A stretch of 64,000 bases of DNA from Candidatus Obscuribacteraceae bacterium (GTDB lineage: Bacteria > Cyanobacteriota > Vampirovibrionia > Obscuribacterales > Obscuribacteraceae). Position numbers and translations under genes: made by a program. Location of the stretch: contig JBGAHS010000009.1 of assembly GCA_044226015.1 (NCBI GenBank), forward strand, positions 1-64,000, given 5' to 3'. The notes beneath the pieces were generated by a model. That model worked only from the letters and a program-made list of their open reading frames with translations. It was not told the DNA's origin and made no database searches. Within the stretch, counting starts at the first letter, position 1. The number at the start of each line of letters is the position of its first letter. Positions 37,150 to 47,993 of this stretch are shown one piece after another.

Positions 37150-38553
37150 CTAAATCTTGTGGTGCTTCCATGAACCTCGATGAAACCATGCCATCGCGAT
37201 AACTGCACCTACTACAGAAGTTATCGCTATAGCTATCCAACTGCCTAGAGCTCCCATGTTCATCATCAGCGTAAAGAGGTATGCTAGTGGCACTCGCACC
37301 ATTAATAGGCAGAAAGCAAAGAACAACATCGGAATTCGGGTGTAGCCTGCGCCTTCCATCGCACCGAATAACACCAGCCATACTACGGTGATTGGCTCGG
37401 AGATGCCGAGCACTTGCAGGTATTGAGTTGAGTAGAGTTCGACATTTTTGTCGCTGGTCATTAGATGTGCTATTGGCTGCGCTGCAAAAAACATGATTGT
37501 TCCAACAATTGCCATTAACACAAAACCAATTCCTGCAGCCTGCCAACCTACCTTTGTGGCGCGGTCGAGCTTCTTGGCGCCTAAATTCTGCCCTATGACA
37601 GTTGAAACGCCCATAGACATCGCAAAAATTGGCAGCCCTGCAAGAACGTCTTCCACTCTCAGCCCTACTGCCCAGGCTGCTTGATATTCTGTGGGATTTT
37701 TTGTTTGCGAAAAAATTAGGAAGAGTCCAAAGTTGCTGGCTACCCAAGAAAGGTCTTGCAAGCAAGCTGGTAAGCCAATCGCCATGATACGCTTCATCCA
37801 ATTCATAGAAAAATCGAACGGTTTGTCTTTGCTGATTTCTACAGAGGATGATAGATTCGACTTTTTAAAAGCTATCAGCATTAACAAGCAGCCAATTGTG
37901 CTTGCTGCAAACCATGCGATTCCCACTCCTTTTATGCCAAGTTGAGGCGGTCCCAGGCAGAGAAAAAAATCGAGAATAACAACCATAACTGTGACCATTG
38001 CCATGATGATTGTAGGTTTGGTGGCGTCCCCGGTGGCACGAAAAATTGAATGGCAAACCCATAGTAAAGTTAGTGGCAGTTGAGCCAAAAACTGGATTTT
38101 TAGATATGCAGACCCAAGCTCAGCGACACGATTTGAAGCACCGAGCATATGAAGGAAAACGTCAGTGCACAGTATGCCTACGATGGCGGAGACAAATCCA
38201 AATACCACCGCAGAAAAAATGGACTGTCGCGCAGCTGCCATTCCCTGGGCAAAGTCTTTTGCTCCCCAAAACCTTGAAACGAGTGCGTTAGCACCTGTTG
38301 CGATGGCTATCGCCATGATGATCATTCCGAACCAGACTTGACCACCTATTCCTACTGCAGCTAGATCATCTGGTCCGAGTTTGCCAGCAACGTATGCGTC
38401 AGCGAATGTAGCTGCTGATATGGCAAGCGCATTCAACACCATCGGAATGGACATGCTAGCAATGGCTTTCCAGATGGGGCCTTCTAGCAGCAAATTTATT
38501 TCTTCTTCGCTGAACTCTGAGTGATCGAGTTCGGTTGCTTCAATTTCAGGCAT
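37150..38553 (-). CDS. MATE family efflux transporter
   Basis: About 12 TMs; LVSRFWGAKD, FRATGDA and IGQNLGAK. Confidence 0.93.
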   Translation of the reverse strand: MPEIEATELDHSEFSEEEINLLLEGPIWKAIASMSIPMVLNALAISAATFADAYVAGKLGPDDLAAVGIGGQVWFGMIIMAIAIATGANALVSRFWGAKDFAQGMAAARQSIFSAVVFGFVSAIVGILCTDVFLHMLGASNRVAELGSAYLKIQFLAQLPLTLLWVCHSIFRATGDATKPTIIMAMVTVMVVILDFFLCLGPPQLGIKGVGIAWFAASTIGCLLMLIAFKKSNLSSSVEISKDKPFDFSMNWMKRIMAIGLPACLQDLSWVASNFGLFLIFSQTKNPTEYQAAWAVGLRVEDVLAGLPIFAMSMGVSTVIGQNLGAKKLDRATKVGWQAAGIGFVLMAIVGTIMFFAAQPIAHLMTSDKNVELYSTQYLQVLGISEPITVVWLVLFGAMEGAGYTRIPMLFFAFCLLMVRVPLAYLFTLMMNMGALGSWIAIAITSVVGAVIAMAWFHRGSWKHHKI

Positions 38554-38657
38554 GCAAACCTCACCCCAAAAAGATACTACTTTCGGGAGTGCGCAGCCTG
38601 AAGGCAGCTTAACTATGCTGTTGGCTCAGGTCTCTATAGGTCTTTGGAATTCACTGC

Positions 38658-38927
38658 TCAGGATGCATCCGACGAGGTGTTATCCTCTTGCTTGTCAGCC
38701 CCCATAGCATTCACCAGTGCCGCAACAAATATCCCCACGACTATTATTGCAGCTGCGTTCCAAAGCTTATTGAAGTCTCCTGGCGTTTTAGAAAAATCAA
38801 AGACGAACGCCCCAGCTATACCAAGAAAGGGCAACATAGTAAGCCAGTAAGCGAAGCTCTGTTCGCTTGTCAATTCCGGAACGGCTTCCTCCGGTGGAGC
38901 TGTTTCCACCGCTTCGTTATCAGCCAT
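38658..38927 (-). CDS. Small two-TM hypothetical protein
   Basis: GGGGG RBS, two hydrophobic helices, co-oriented with neighbours. Confidence 0.6.
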   Translation of the reverse strand: MADNEAVETAPPEEAVPELTSEQSFAYWLTMLPFLGIAGAFVFDFSKTPGDFNKLWNAAAIIVVGIFVAALVNAMGADKQEDNTSSDAS

Positions 38928-39043
38928 ACGATTTCCCCCAAGAAGACCTTACCTCTTCTTTGAGCTTACTCTGTCGATTCGTAATTGTCGATAGTTCGCG
39001 TACCTTCGAGAGTCTGCGTTGTCCCGAAATCATTTGTTGCCCG

Positions 39044-39553
39044 CTATTTTCGGGTTTTCATGCCAATCCAGACAGCGAAGCTCAGAGCGAAAAAGCCGAA
39101 TGCTCCCATTACGGTTACAACGTCATAGTCAATAATCTGTTCCAGCACAATCTCTTTGGGATTGTTAGCGTCACAAAAAACTACCGTTTTCTCGCCGTGT
39201 TTTAGCACCCGCCCACTTGGTACCGGTGCTGGTGCCGAAATTGACTGGCCATTGAAGCTGTAGTTCATCATAACTTCTCGGCTGATGCCGAACGGGTCAA
39301 AATGTTCGACGACCTGGTCAACTGTCGCGTCTACCATTTTGTAATTGAGTGATGCCAATCCTCTCGTGTAAGTGCCCAGCGATACGTTGAGCATGAAAAT
39401 TGCTGCAGCAAATAACGCGACTGCTATTAAAAGGAGTCCTACACGCGGTTTGCCTGGAGTGCGGTTTTCCCTGCTGCCGCTTGCCCCTGTCACACCGCCT
39501 TCTTTAGCGCCATCGGTATAATCGTTTTTCGAGTTTGTTTCTTGAGTCATCAT
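39044..39553 (-). CDS. DUF3592-like membrane protein
   Basis: TM, beta region (YSFNG, GEKTVVFCDANNP), TM. Confidence 0.6.
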   Translation of the reverse strand: MMTQETNSKNDYTDGAKEGGVTGASGSRENRTPGKPRVGLLLIAVALFAAAIFMLNVSLGTYTRGLASLNYKMVDATVDQVVEHFDPFGISREVMMNYSFNGQSISAPAPVPSGRVLKHGEKTVVFCDANNPKEIVLEQIIDYDVVTVMGAFGFFALSFAVWIGMKTRK

Positions 39554-39559
39554 TTTTGT

Positions 39560-40927
39560 TTATAGCACCGATACTAGATTCGATTCCGATTTGCCACCAT
39601 TTTCTTTTGGCTCAGTGTTGGCATCAGCTGTGATACTGCTGAGTTCAGTATCTGTACCGTTGACCTCACTTTCATGTGACAGCTCGGCTGATTCTTCATC
39701 AACAGTGTCTGCATTAAAGGTTTTGCTATCGTCAAAAACGCCTTCCCATCTCGCTAGAACCACCGATGCCAGGCAATTGCCCAGGATGTTCACTGATGTT
39801 CTGGCCATATCCATAATTGTGTCGACACCGAGAATCAATGCGACCCCGGCGAGTGGCAAATTGAAGGTAGATAGCGTGCCAGCAAGAATTACCAGAGATG
39901 CTCTCGGTACCGCTGCAACTCCTTTGCTCGTTAGCATCAGTGTGAGCATCATCAAAATCTGTTGCTCAATGCTCAAATTGACTCCAGCTGCTTGAGCTAC
40001 GAACGGAGCTGCAAGTGAGAGATACAGCGTGGTTCCATCGAGATTGAATGTATAACCCAGAGGCAGAACGAAGCTGACCACATTTCTGGGAACACCGATA
40101 GCCTCCATGTTCAACAGCGCTTTAGGCAAAGCAGCCTCGCTGGAAGTAGTGGAGAACGCTATAACAAATGGCTCTTTAACTGCGTTGAAAAACTTGCCCA
40201 GTGGTACTTTTGCAAAAAACGCAATTGGCAGCAAGACGCAAAGTATGAAAGTTGCTAGAGCAAGATAAAGTGTTCCAACCAACTTACCCAACGAAAATAG
40301 AACACTGATTCCGTGCTCGCCAACTGTGGCGGCGATGGCTGCTGCAACGCCTATTGGTGCGAATTTCATGACGATGCCTGTGTATTTGAACATCGTCTCT
40401 GCAAGTGCATTGCATAATTTCAAAATCGCATCAGCTTTTGCAGCATTTACTGCAGCTGCAAACAAAATAGAAAATACAACTATCTGAAGAACGTCTCCAC
40501 GTGCCATCGAGTCGATTACACTGGCAGGAAACATATGCACTATGATGTCGCCCACCCCTTGCTGCTTCGTGACCAGTTCTGAGGCGGTTGCAGTGCCGGT
40601 GCTAGCCACTGTGCTGAGGTTGATTCCGACGCCCGGTTTCATTACGTTTGCGAATAGAAGACCGACCGCCAGCGCCAGGGTTGTCACTATTTCAAAGTAG
40701 ACAATGGATTTGAAACCCAGTCTTCCAACTGATTTCATGTTCGAGTGACCGGCAATTCCCACGACCAGTGTCGAGAAGACCAGCGGAGCGATAATGCTTT
40801 TGACCAGGTGAAGAAACACATCTGCAAGCGGTTTAACTGCTTTTCCCGCATCAGGAGCCAGCCACCCGAGCAAAATGCCCAGAATCAAACCGATAAAAAT
40901 CTGTAGTGTTAGACCCGGTTTTTTCAC
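39560..40927 (-). CDS. gltP: Dicarboxylate/amino acid:cation (DAACS) symporter
   Basis: AFSTTSSEAALP, GYTFNLDG and DMARTSVN. GTG at 40927 follows GAGGAG. Confidence 0.92.
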   Translation of the reverse strand: MKKPGLTLQIFIGLILGILLGWLAPDAGKAVKPLADVFLHLVKSIIAPLVFSTLVVGIAGHSNMKSVGRLGFKSIVYFEIVTTLALAVGLLFANVMKPGVGINLSTVASTGTATASELVTKQQGVGDIIVHMFPASVIDSMARGDVLQIVVFSILFAAAVNAAKADAILKLCNALAETMFKYTGIVMKFAPIGVAAAIAATVGEHGISVLFSLGKLVGTLYLALATFILCVLLPIAFFAKVPLGKFFNAVKEPFVIAFSTTSSEAALPKALLNMEAIGVPRNVVSFVLPLGYTFNLDGTTLYLSLAAPFVAQAAGVNLSIEQQILMMLTLMLTSKGVAAVPRASLVILAGTLSTFNLPLAGVALILGVDTIMDMARTSVNILGNCLASVVLARWEGVFDDSKTFNADTVDEESAELSHESEVNGTDTELSSITADANTEPKENGGKSESNLVSVL

Positions 40928-41147
40928 AGGTGGCTCCTCAGGTATATTGCATCGCAATACATTAAGGCATAAGGCGATTTTCCGCCTTAGCAACCGTTCC
41001 TAATTTGGGTTCAATATTACTAACCTTTTGGACGGGTAGAAGCCGCAAAATCCAAATGCCAGTTAACTTTGGCTCTGGCTGGCCCTGAAGCTGAATAACT
41101 AAGCTTCACTCGGGAGCCCTGACCAGAGATACTGGACCAGGTCCGAA

Positions 41148-41300
41148 GCAGGCAGGATGCCTGCGCTCTTATGATCTGTGTGCGCCTGACTCGTGGAACC
41201 CAAGTCCATGTGCTGGAGCCCAAATCCATGTGTTGGATCCCAAATCCAAATGATGGAACCCTGACTCCTGTTGGATTTCAGACCTTTCAGACCTATCAGG
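41148..41300. repeat. Single REP-like palindrome, 20-bp tandem array and 9-bp repeats
   Basis: GCAGGCAGGATGCCTGCGCTC (reverse complement of the 21.8-kb unit); TGGA(A/G/T)CCCAA(G/A)TCCA units at 41194, 41214, 41234, 41254; TTTCAGACC twice. Confidence 0.75.
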
Positions 41301-41306
41301 ATCCCA

Positions 41307-41900
41307 TTACTTGCTGATTACAGCGCCCACAGGCGCGCTTCGCCATCCCTGTTTTCTTTTGAATTCTTCATAGAGAACTATCTGGTCGGGATTAAGTACT
41401 TTCCTTACTTCAAGAGACATGCGGCAGTAATCTACGATGATTTCGGAGTACAAGTGCCCCAGGTGTGTTTGAATGCCCATAATAGTTTCGGGACGATCAC
41501 CATGAGCAATTTTGGTGAGAAGTTCAGCATTTTTACTGCGATATTCCACTCTTAAAGGTTCTATTCTTGGCTTGTAACTTGCCAGAATGCTTGTGATCTT
41601 TTCGCGTTGATCAGAATTTGCATGAATGTGTTCCAGAATTGGATTCAGGTAGAAGCCGTAGGGGCGATTGAAGGAACCTGCTGCTGGCGTTTGTCCAAGG
41701 GTCGCCGAAGCAGGAGTGAGTTTCTCTGAATCAGGTTTGTCTGGTGACGGGCTTTGAGCATGAAGCGGATTGTGATGCAGGCTCAGGAATATCAGACTCG
41801 CCGCAAGGGTGAGTCCTTGCCAGCGCCAGTTTGGCCAACGTCTCTGAATTTGCTCATCGACATTTGTTTGCTTTGGTTCTCTGGTCAGTGTATGCGACAT
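41307..41900 (-). CDS. Spy/CpxP-like periplasmic protein
   Basis: Export-like segment, DQREKI...helical pattern and VRKVLNPDQ (LTxxQ-like). Start uncertain. Confidence 0.65.
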   Translation of the reverse strand: MSHTLTREPKQTNVDEQIQRRWPNWRWQGLTLAASLIFLSLHHNPLHAQSPSPDKPDSEKLTPASATLGQTPAAGSFNRPYGFYLNPILEHIHANSDQREKITSILASYKPRIEPLRVEYRSKNAELLTKIAHGDRPETIMGIQTHLGHLYSEIIVDYCRMSLEVRKVLNPDQIVLYEEFKRKQGWRSAPVGAVISK

Positions 41901-42138
41901 AATGAAAATCTTCCCGAACTCTTGAAAACGAACCGCAGAGGGCTTTCCGGGTCTATATACCCGGAAATAGCAATTTCTGCACTGCATCAACTTTTCTTGT
42001 CATCGTTGCTGCATTATCTGCCGCAACTGCACTTGTACAAGCAAGACGCCACTGATCAAAAATTGTGCCCAGAGCAGATGATTTGCTTGTCAAGGTGTTG
42101 CAAATCATGCTTAAATGAACTGTTCAGGCAGGAATCGC

Positions 42139-44304
42139 ATGAGATTTTCTAGAAAAAATTCTGATGAGACTAGCATAGGGTCGCTGCGAGAACAGGGAGC
42201 TCGAATAAGTCGTCACCAGGGATTTCTTTTCTGGCTCAACAAGATATCTTTTGTATGTTGCAGTGCCGCATCAATTTTTATTGTGCTGATGACCATCAAG
42301 GTTGGAATGCATTTGGTGAAAGTACCGAATCTTACCTTCTTGGACAAATACAATCCGATAGAAACAATACAGATTTACGACAAAAACGATAAGCTCATTG
42401 TCTCCGTAGATGGTGCCGAAAAGCGAATTCTCGTGCCCATCAAGGGTGTGTCTCCTAACATGAAGAAGGCACTCTTGGCCGCAGAAGATCACCGTTTCTA
42501 TGAGCACAAGGGCGTTAGCTTTACCGGCATTTTTCGAGCTGTGGCTTCGAACCTTACTCACGGACGCGTGGTAGAGGGTGGTTCCACCATTACACAGCAA
42601 CTTGCGAAAAATCTGTTTTTTGAAGGAGAAAAACGTACTTTCGATCTTAAGTTAGCTGAGTTGATAATTGCGTTAACCCTGGAAAACCTCTACTCAAAAG
42701 ACAAAATACTGGAACTCTATTTGAACGAAGTTTATTTCGGTAACAACAGCTATGGTATTGAGCAAGCCGCCAGAAATTATTTTGGCAAAAAAGCAAGCCA
42801 GTTATCGCTTGGGGAGTCGGCATTTCTAGCTGGAATAATTCGCTACCCGACAAAAGGTGGTTCGGTTCAAAACCGATTAAGTGCATCTATTAGAGAACGT
42901 GATGTTCTGGACAAGATGGCAGAGTATGGGTTCATCACTGGGATGGAACGCGACTTCGCTAAGCAAGAGTACTTGAACTTTAAGACTGCTCCGCCAGAGC
43001 CGCCCAAAGTCAAAATAAATAAATATCCTTATTATGTTGCCGCTGTGATTGAAACGATCCACGGACGGTACAACGAAGCTTCTATCGAACGACAGGGGCT
43101 CAAAATATTCACCAACCTCGATACCACTGCACAAGATGCAGCAGAGAGAGCTGTTTCTCAGGGACTGGCGCGGGCTCCGTATGGAGTCAATCAAGGTGCG
43201 TTAGTAAGTATACGCATCACTGACGGGGCAGTAATAGCACTGGTGGGTGGCGTGGGAAACTACGAGCAAAATCAATGGAACTGCGCCACTAACCCTCACA
43301 CCGCAGGTTCGGCATTCAAGCCATTCGTCTACCTTGCTGGGTTTGAAAACGGACTCATCAATGAGAATTCAGTGGTTGATGATACTCCTTTTGCAATTGC
43401 TGATAACACAGGAAAGGAATACAAACCGAAAAACTACGATGGTAAGTTTCTGGGCGAGATTTCGGTGCCTAAAGCATTTGCACTTTCTCGTAATATTCCT
43501 GCGCTTCGCATTGGGCAAGCCGTTGGAATTGAGACAGTGATTAATGCTGCTCAGCGCGCCGGCATTACTGAGCCACTGGCACCGGAATTGGCTCTATCTT
43601 TGGGGTGTTCGGCCGTGTCTCCATTGCACATGGCAAATGCATACGCGACGATAGCACGTGGTGGCACATATTTGTCGCCAGTCATGATTCGGCGAGTCGA
43701 GTCTCGCACCGGAAGGGTGCTTGATAGTTTCGGGCAATCATCTAATACAGCATTTGACCGCGCTGCGATAGCACAACTTGTTGATTGTATGGAAGATTGC
43801 GTAGCAGAGGGAACAGCTCAACTGGCGAAACTAAGCGACAGACCAGTAGCTGGGAAAACCGGAACTGCTGATCATGGAAAGGATTTATGGTTTGTGGGTT
43901 TCACTCCCGACATTTGTACAGCTGTGTGGGGCGGGAACAAGGACAACAAACCGGTGGGTGCGGCAGTTACTGGTGGTACTGTCATGACGCGCATCTGGCG
44001 AGATTATATGGCTTCTTACTATCGCCAGGTGCCAACGCCAGCAGGTTGGTTTGTTGCATGCAACCGTCCAGCAGCACAATTTGCGGCGGATCGTGGTCCG
44101 ATCGAAGAGAAACCCAAAGTGCTGAGTTCGGGTCGCTCTTCGTCTTCTTACACTCGCTCATACGCTTCTTCTGGTTATCGCCAGGCAACTCCACGTCGGC
44201 GCAAGCGACCGGTGCCAAGATATGACTATGCCAGAGCTCCAGCGGGTGGGGCGATTGTGCGTCGCAGTCATGGCACGACTGAGTATGCGTGGTCGAGACG
44301 TTAG
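42139..44304 (+). CDS. Class A penicillin-binding protein (PBP1A family)
   Basis: AAEDHRFY, GGSTITQQ, LELYLN, SAFK (SxxK), SRN and KTG. Confidence 0.95.
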   Translation: MRFSRKNSDETSIGSLREQGARISRHQGFLFWLNKISFVCCSAASIFIVLMTIKVGMHLVKVPNLTFLDKYNPIETIQIYDKNDKLIVSVDGAEKRILVPIKGVSPNMKKALLAAEDHRFYEHKGVSFTGIFRAVASNLTHGRVVEGGSTITQQLAKNLFFEGEKRTFDLKLAELIIALTLENLYSKDKILELYLNEVYFGNNSYGIEQAARNYFGKKASQLSLGESAFLAGIIRYPTKGGSVQNRLSASIRERDVLDKMAEYGFITGMERDFAKQEYLNFKTAPPEPPKVKINKYPYYVAAVIETIHGRYNEASIERQGLKIFTNLDTTAQDAAERAVSQGLARAPYGVNQGALVSIRITDGAVIALVGGVGNYEQNQWNCATNPHTAGSAFKPFVYLAGFENGLINENSVVDDTPFAIADNTGKEYKPKNYDGKFLGEISVPKAFALSRNIPALRIGQAVGIETVINAAQRAGITEPLAPELALSLGCSAVSPLHMANAYATIARGGTYLSPVMIRRVESRTGRVLDSFGQSSNTAFDRAAIAQLVDCMEDCVAEGTAQLAKLSDRPVAGKTGTADHGKDLWFVGFTPDICTAVWGGNKDNKPVGAAVTGGTVMTRIWRDYMASYYRQVPTPAGWFVACNRPAAQFAADRGPIEEKPKVLSSGRSSSSYTRSYASSGYRQATPRRRKRPVPRYDYARAPAGGAIVRRSHGTTEYAWSRR

Positions 44305-44386
44305 TAAATATGCCGAAAATCCTGAAACCCCAGTTCTTGCGAACCAGGGCTTCAGGAGCAGATTTCCGGGGGCTGAAAAAATTTTG

Positions 44387-44920
44387 TCAGGATGCGACGA
44401 GTAGTCGCTTCTTCTGCAACAGTTTCTTTGTGGCTGGATGGCAGCAACTTAAGCAGATGCCATCTTCAGCAAATACATGCTTGTCGGCTTCGGCTAGCCG
44501 CAGGCATATGTGACTTAGTTTCACTTCGTCCGATGAGAGGTGTTTGAGCATGCCTACGATAAGTCCATCCATACCACGGCTGTCACTGCAGGTGGTGCAT
44601 GGTGAAAGTGCCTGCTCAAGAAAATCGTCTAAGCCAAAAAATGTTAGGGGCATTCTCTTTGGTGCGCATTTATCACAGATGAGGCGGCGGATTGCTTTCC
44701 ACAAGCCCATTCTGACTGGGTTGTTTGATGCGCCATTGTCCCATTCGACAGCTCCGAGCTCACAACGTTGGTGTGCACATTGGTCGTCAAGTCTTACTTT
44801 TATTTCGTTAGTACTGCTCTGAATTCCAGAGCTAGCATTTAGCCAATAACCTACTAGCTTGTGGTTACGTCCTGCGCCTCTGGAAATTGGGGCAAATGAA
44901 GTTCCTGTTAAATATGCCAT
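44387..44920 (-). CDS. Cys-rich hypothetical protein, probable metal binder
   Basis: 10 Cys including CxxxxC, CxxC, CxxC and CxxCCH. Confidence 0.6.
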   Translation of the reverse strand: MAYLTGTSFAPISRGAGRNHKLVGYWLNASSGIQSSTNEIKVRLDDQCAHQRCELGAVEWDNGASNNPVRMGLWKAIRRLICDKCAPKRMPLTFFGLDDFLEQALSPCTTCSDSRGMDGLIVGMLKHLSSDEVKLSHICLRLAEADKHVFAEDGICLSCCHPATKKLLQKKRLLVAS

Positions 44921-45117
44921 GTTCTCTTCTCACTTCAACTAGGTTCGCCAATCTCGTATTTGAATACTATTACTCGAACTTCCAACAAGTGAATTGGAAA
45001 TCGAAATTATTCTGAGCGTGGTCTCCAACCTGTAGTCTGTCCAATTCATTTGTTGGACCCGCCTCACGCATTATTAGAGTGGCTGTCTGACCCTTTCTAT
45101 CTGCTGAGGAAAACCCT

Positions 45118-45840
45118 ATGCCGAGACTTGCTTTTGATAGTGAAGAGTTGCTGCACTGGTGGGATCCTAAAACAGATCTTTCCTTCATCTTTGATTTCAA
45201 CTGGAAAGCAATCCACCATTTAAGAGATGCAGTAACCTATTTTTTGTCCGCTAGATTACATGCCGTTTCCCAGCGAGCCACTCGCACAATTCATGAGTCG
45301 GGATGCTCGGAACTAAAATTTATGATGGCATCAAATCCTAACACTACTGCAGAGTTACTCGATTTCTTGAGTTTTGTCAGTGATGAGGCTGCGCTCGTCA
45401 GAGTTGCCGAAAATCCAAATGCTGATCGAGACACACTATCAAGGCTCGCCTTTCATCACGATCCTGAGGTGAGAGCGGCAGTGGCAGACAACATCAATAC
45501 ACCGGACACTTGTTTCAAACGATTGGCTCTGGATGAATCAGTAGATGTCAGATATAGGCTGGCTGAAAATCCCTACGCTCCGCTTTCCAGCCTATATACG
45601 GTTTTGAAAGACGAAAACCCATATGTAAGTCAAAGAGCAAAGAAGACTCTTTCTCGCCTTGTTTTCGATTCAATGGCGGAAGCCTGCCGCCCGCAGGCGC
45701 ATGTCAGCTCTGAACAATCAGTGCATCCCGAGCGTCTACAAAGGCTTGCCGAAAGCAAAATGATAATCGCTGAGCTCAACGAAATATGTGGTTATGATTT
45801 CATAGCTATCGAATTTCCTGCATATCAGGGCGTCCTGTAG
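45118..45840 (+). CDS. HEAT / leucine-rich-repeat-variant protein
   Basis: Repeated VR.AVA.N.NTP...L..LA.D units. Confidence 0.8.
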   Translation: MPRLAFDSEELLHWWDPKTDLSFIFDFNWKAIHHLRDAVTYFLSARLHAVSQRATRTIHESGCSELKFMMASNPNTTAELLDFLSFVSDEAALVRVAENPNADRDTLSRLAFHHDPEVRAAVADNINTPDTCFKRLALDESVDVRYRLAENPYAPLSSLYTVLKDENPYVSQRAKKTLSRLVFDSMAEACRPQAHVSSEQSVHPERLQRLAESKMIIAELNEICGYDFIAIEFPAYQGVL

Positions 45841-45892
45841 TCATCTATACTGCAGGAACCAAATACCGGCACTCTAGTCTTCTATCCAGTTC

Positions 45893-45924
45893 GCGGGATC
45901 TGCTTCGACATCTGCAGATCCCGC
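45893..45924. other. Perfect 11-bp stem-loop upstream of mlaE
   Basis: GCGGGATCTGC-N10-GCAGATCCCGC with no U-tract. Confidence 0.55.
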
Positions 45925-45949
45925 ATCTGCTCTGAAGGCTATAAGCAGC

Positions 45950-46726
45950 ATGAATTCCCTTGGCTCACAGTCCAATCATTCCTTTGCCAATTTCATTGAG
46001 TGGCTCAGCCCATTGGGGATGTCTGCTCGAATGCTTTTTGAGGCGCTTGCCCCAGCTGGGTTCAGAAAAATCAATCGTCTTCAATTTGACGCGTATTGCA
46101 AATGGTTTGGACTGCGTGGATTTCATTTGATTGTTATCGGTGCTGCTGCTGTTTCGATTGCACTTACGATTGAATGCGTCATCGAAATGCAAAAATATCG
46201 TGTGCAAGATTTGTCGGGGCTCGTTATTGCAATTGGTCTGCTTCGAGAGTTGGGACCGCTCACTGTAAGTCTGGCATGGTGCGCAAGGGTCGCAGCTATG
46301 CTGGCTGAAGAAGGGCAACTGTATAAAACGCTGCCGGAAAAAAAGTTTGCAGAGGAATATGTATTGCCTCGCTACCTTGCAGCGTTGTGGACTGCAATTC
46401 CCCTTGGAGCTTACGGACTGTTGTTTGGTTTCGTGACAGGGGCTGTTTTAGCACCTTTGCTAGGCGTCAGCTCAGCGAATGATTTTCTTGAGTCATCAAA
46501 GCAAGGTATAGAAAACAGAGACTTATTTTTGTATTTTACAAAATTGATTCTTATCAACCCAACAATAGGCGTTTTCGCTGGTTCTGCGGCTGCACGGCTA
46601 AGTAGTGTGGGTGGAACGTTGAATGTTTCGGCTGCAGCGAATGCTGTCACCGCAACATTCCTCTGTGGCTACATCGCAAACGCTATGCTCACTTTTCTTG
46701 TAGTTGTGTTCTGGAGGACGCTATGA
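45950..46726 (+). CDS. mlaE: MlaE family ABC permease
   Basis: LLRELGPLTVSL...RVAA..AEE, VLPR; overlaps mlaD (ATGA). Confidence 0.85.
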   Translation: MNSLGSQSNHSFANFIEWLSPLGMSARMLFEALAPAGFRKINRLQFDAYCKWFGLRGFHLIVIGAAAVSIALTIECVIEMQKYRVQDLSGLVIAIGLLRELGPLTVSLAWCARVAAMLAEEGQLYKTLPEKKFAEEYVLPRYLAALWTAIPLGAYGLLFGFVTGAVLAPLLGVSSANDFLESSKQGIENRDLFLYFTKLILINPTIGVFAGSAAARLSSVGGTLNVSAAANAVTATFLCGYIANAMLTFLVVVFWRTL

Positions 46727-47946
46727 TTTACCGCACGCTGGAACCAACAAGCATTAGAGATGACGTGGAGTTTCGCAGGTCGCCAGCCGATTTGTCTCTC
46801 GGACTATTTACCGCTGTTGCGATCGTTCTTCTTTTCTGGGGATTTTGCTGGCTCAAGAATTACCCACTGTTCCACCGACTTCAACATGTAAACGTCATTT
46901 TCAGTGAGATTGCCGGGTTGAATGATTCCGCAGCTGTTTATGTAGATGGCGTCCGCGTGGGCATGGTAGAAAGCATCGAGTGGAAAAAACACCATGAGGT
47001 GTTGGTGCGATTGCGAATCAACCAATCGAAAATTTTGATTCGAGAGGGCTCGAAGTTTGAAATTCTAACCAATGGTATTGTGGGGGCGCGATATATCGAA
47101 ATCACTCCGCCTGATGCGGATGCTGCCGCTCGAGAGCCCGGGGTGATTAAAGAAACCGAGTTAGTTCATGGTGAAGATCCTGTTCGTCCAGAACTTGCTG
47201 TTAACAAATTAGCGCTTACGTTGAGCTCCATAGATGTGGAACAACTGCAAAAGAACCTGAGCGCTGACCGCAAGAGATTAATAAAAGCCGCCGATCAACT
47301 GGCAGTTCTTGCGGACAAGAGTATGCCTGTTATAGATCGAACATTGCCACTAGAAAATCAACTCATTGCATTGACAAAAGATTTGCGCACAACTACCAGG
47401 CACATCAACAAGGTTCTGGATAACCCACAGTTAGGTGCAGATTTAAGGACTACTGCCGAAAACGCCAGGCAGACTGCCGCTCATTTGCAATCATCTATTA
47501 AACAGCTGAAGGAGTTATTGCAAGACACTCCTCTCAGAGAAGATCTGGTGAAGAGTTTCACTCAGCTCAATGAGTCAACATTGAGTATTGAGCGCTCACT
47601 GAAATCTGTCGGCAATCTGGCTGAAGATAAGGAACTGCGAAAAGACCTGACGGAAATTACGCGAAACACAAATGAATCTTTGAAGAAGATCAATGACTTG
47701 CTTAACGACCCTGACGGAGCAGATTTGAAATCAACTTTGCAGTCGGCAAAAGGTGCAATTCAGCATTTGGACACAGCAGGAGCACAACTCAATCAGATTC
47801 TAGACAAGCGTTGTCCCCTGCTGCACATGATGTTTGGTAGACCAGGGAAGATCAAGCTAGAAAAGAACTTGAAGCAAAAAGGTACTGTTCATGGTGCTCA
47901 GCTTGAGCCAACGCCAGCTGCCTTAGAAATGAAACAAAAGGATTGA
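46723..47946 (+). CDS. mlaD: MlaD/MCE family protein
   Basis: TM, AGL...AVYVDGVRVG, GIVGARYIEITP, then a long helical tail. Confidence 0.9.
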   Translation: MIYRTLEPTSIRDDVEFRRSPADLSLGLFTAVAIVLLFWGFCWLKNYPLFHRLQHVNVIFSEIAGLNDSAAVYVDGVRVGMVESIEWKKHHEVLVRLRINQSKILIREGSKFEILTNGIVGARYIEITPPDADAAAREPGVIKETELVHGEDPVRPELAVNKLALTLSSIDVEQLQKNLSADRKRLIKAADQLAVLADKSMPVIDRTLPLENQLIALTKDLRTTTRHINKVLDNPQLGADLRTTAENARQTAAHLQSSIKQLKELLQDTPLREDLVKSFTQLNESTLSIERSLKSVGNLAEDKELRKDLTEITRNTNESLKKINDLLNDPDGADLKSTLQSAKGAIQHLDTAGAQLNQILDKRCPLLHMMFGRPGKIKLEKNLKQKGTVHGAQLEPTPAALEMKQKD

Positions 47947-47993
47947 GCCCTTATCGCGCATTCAGCAAATAACAGGACTCAAAAGAGACGGTT

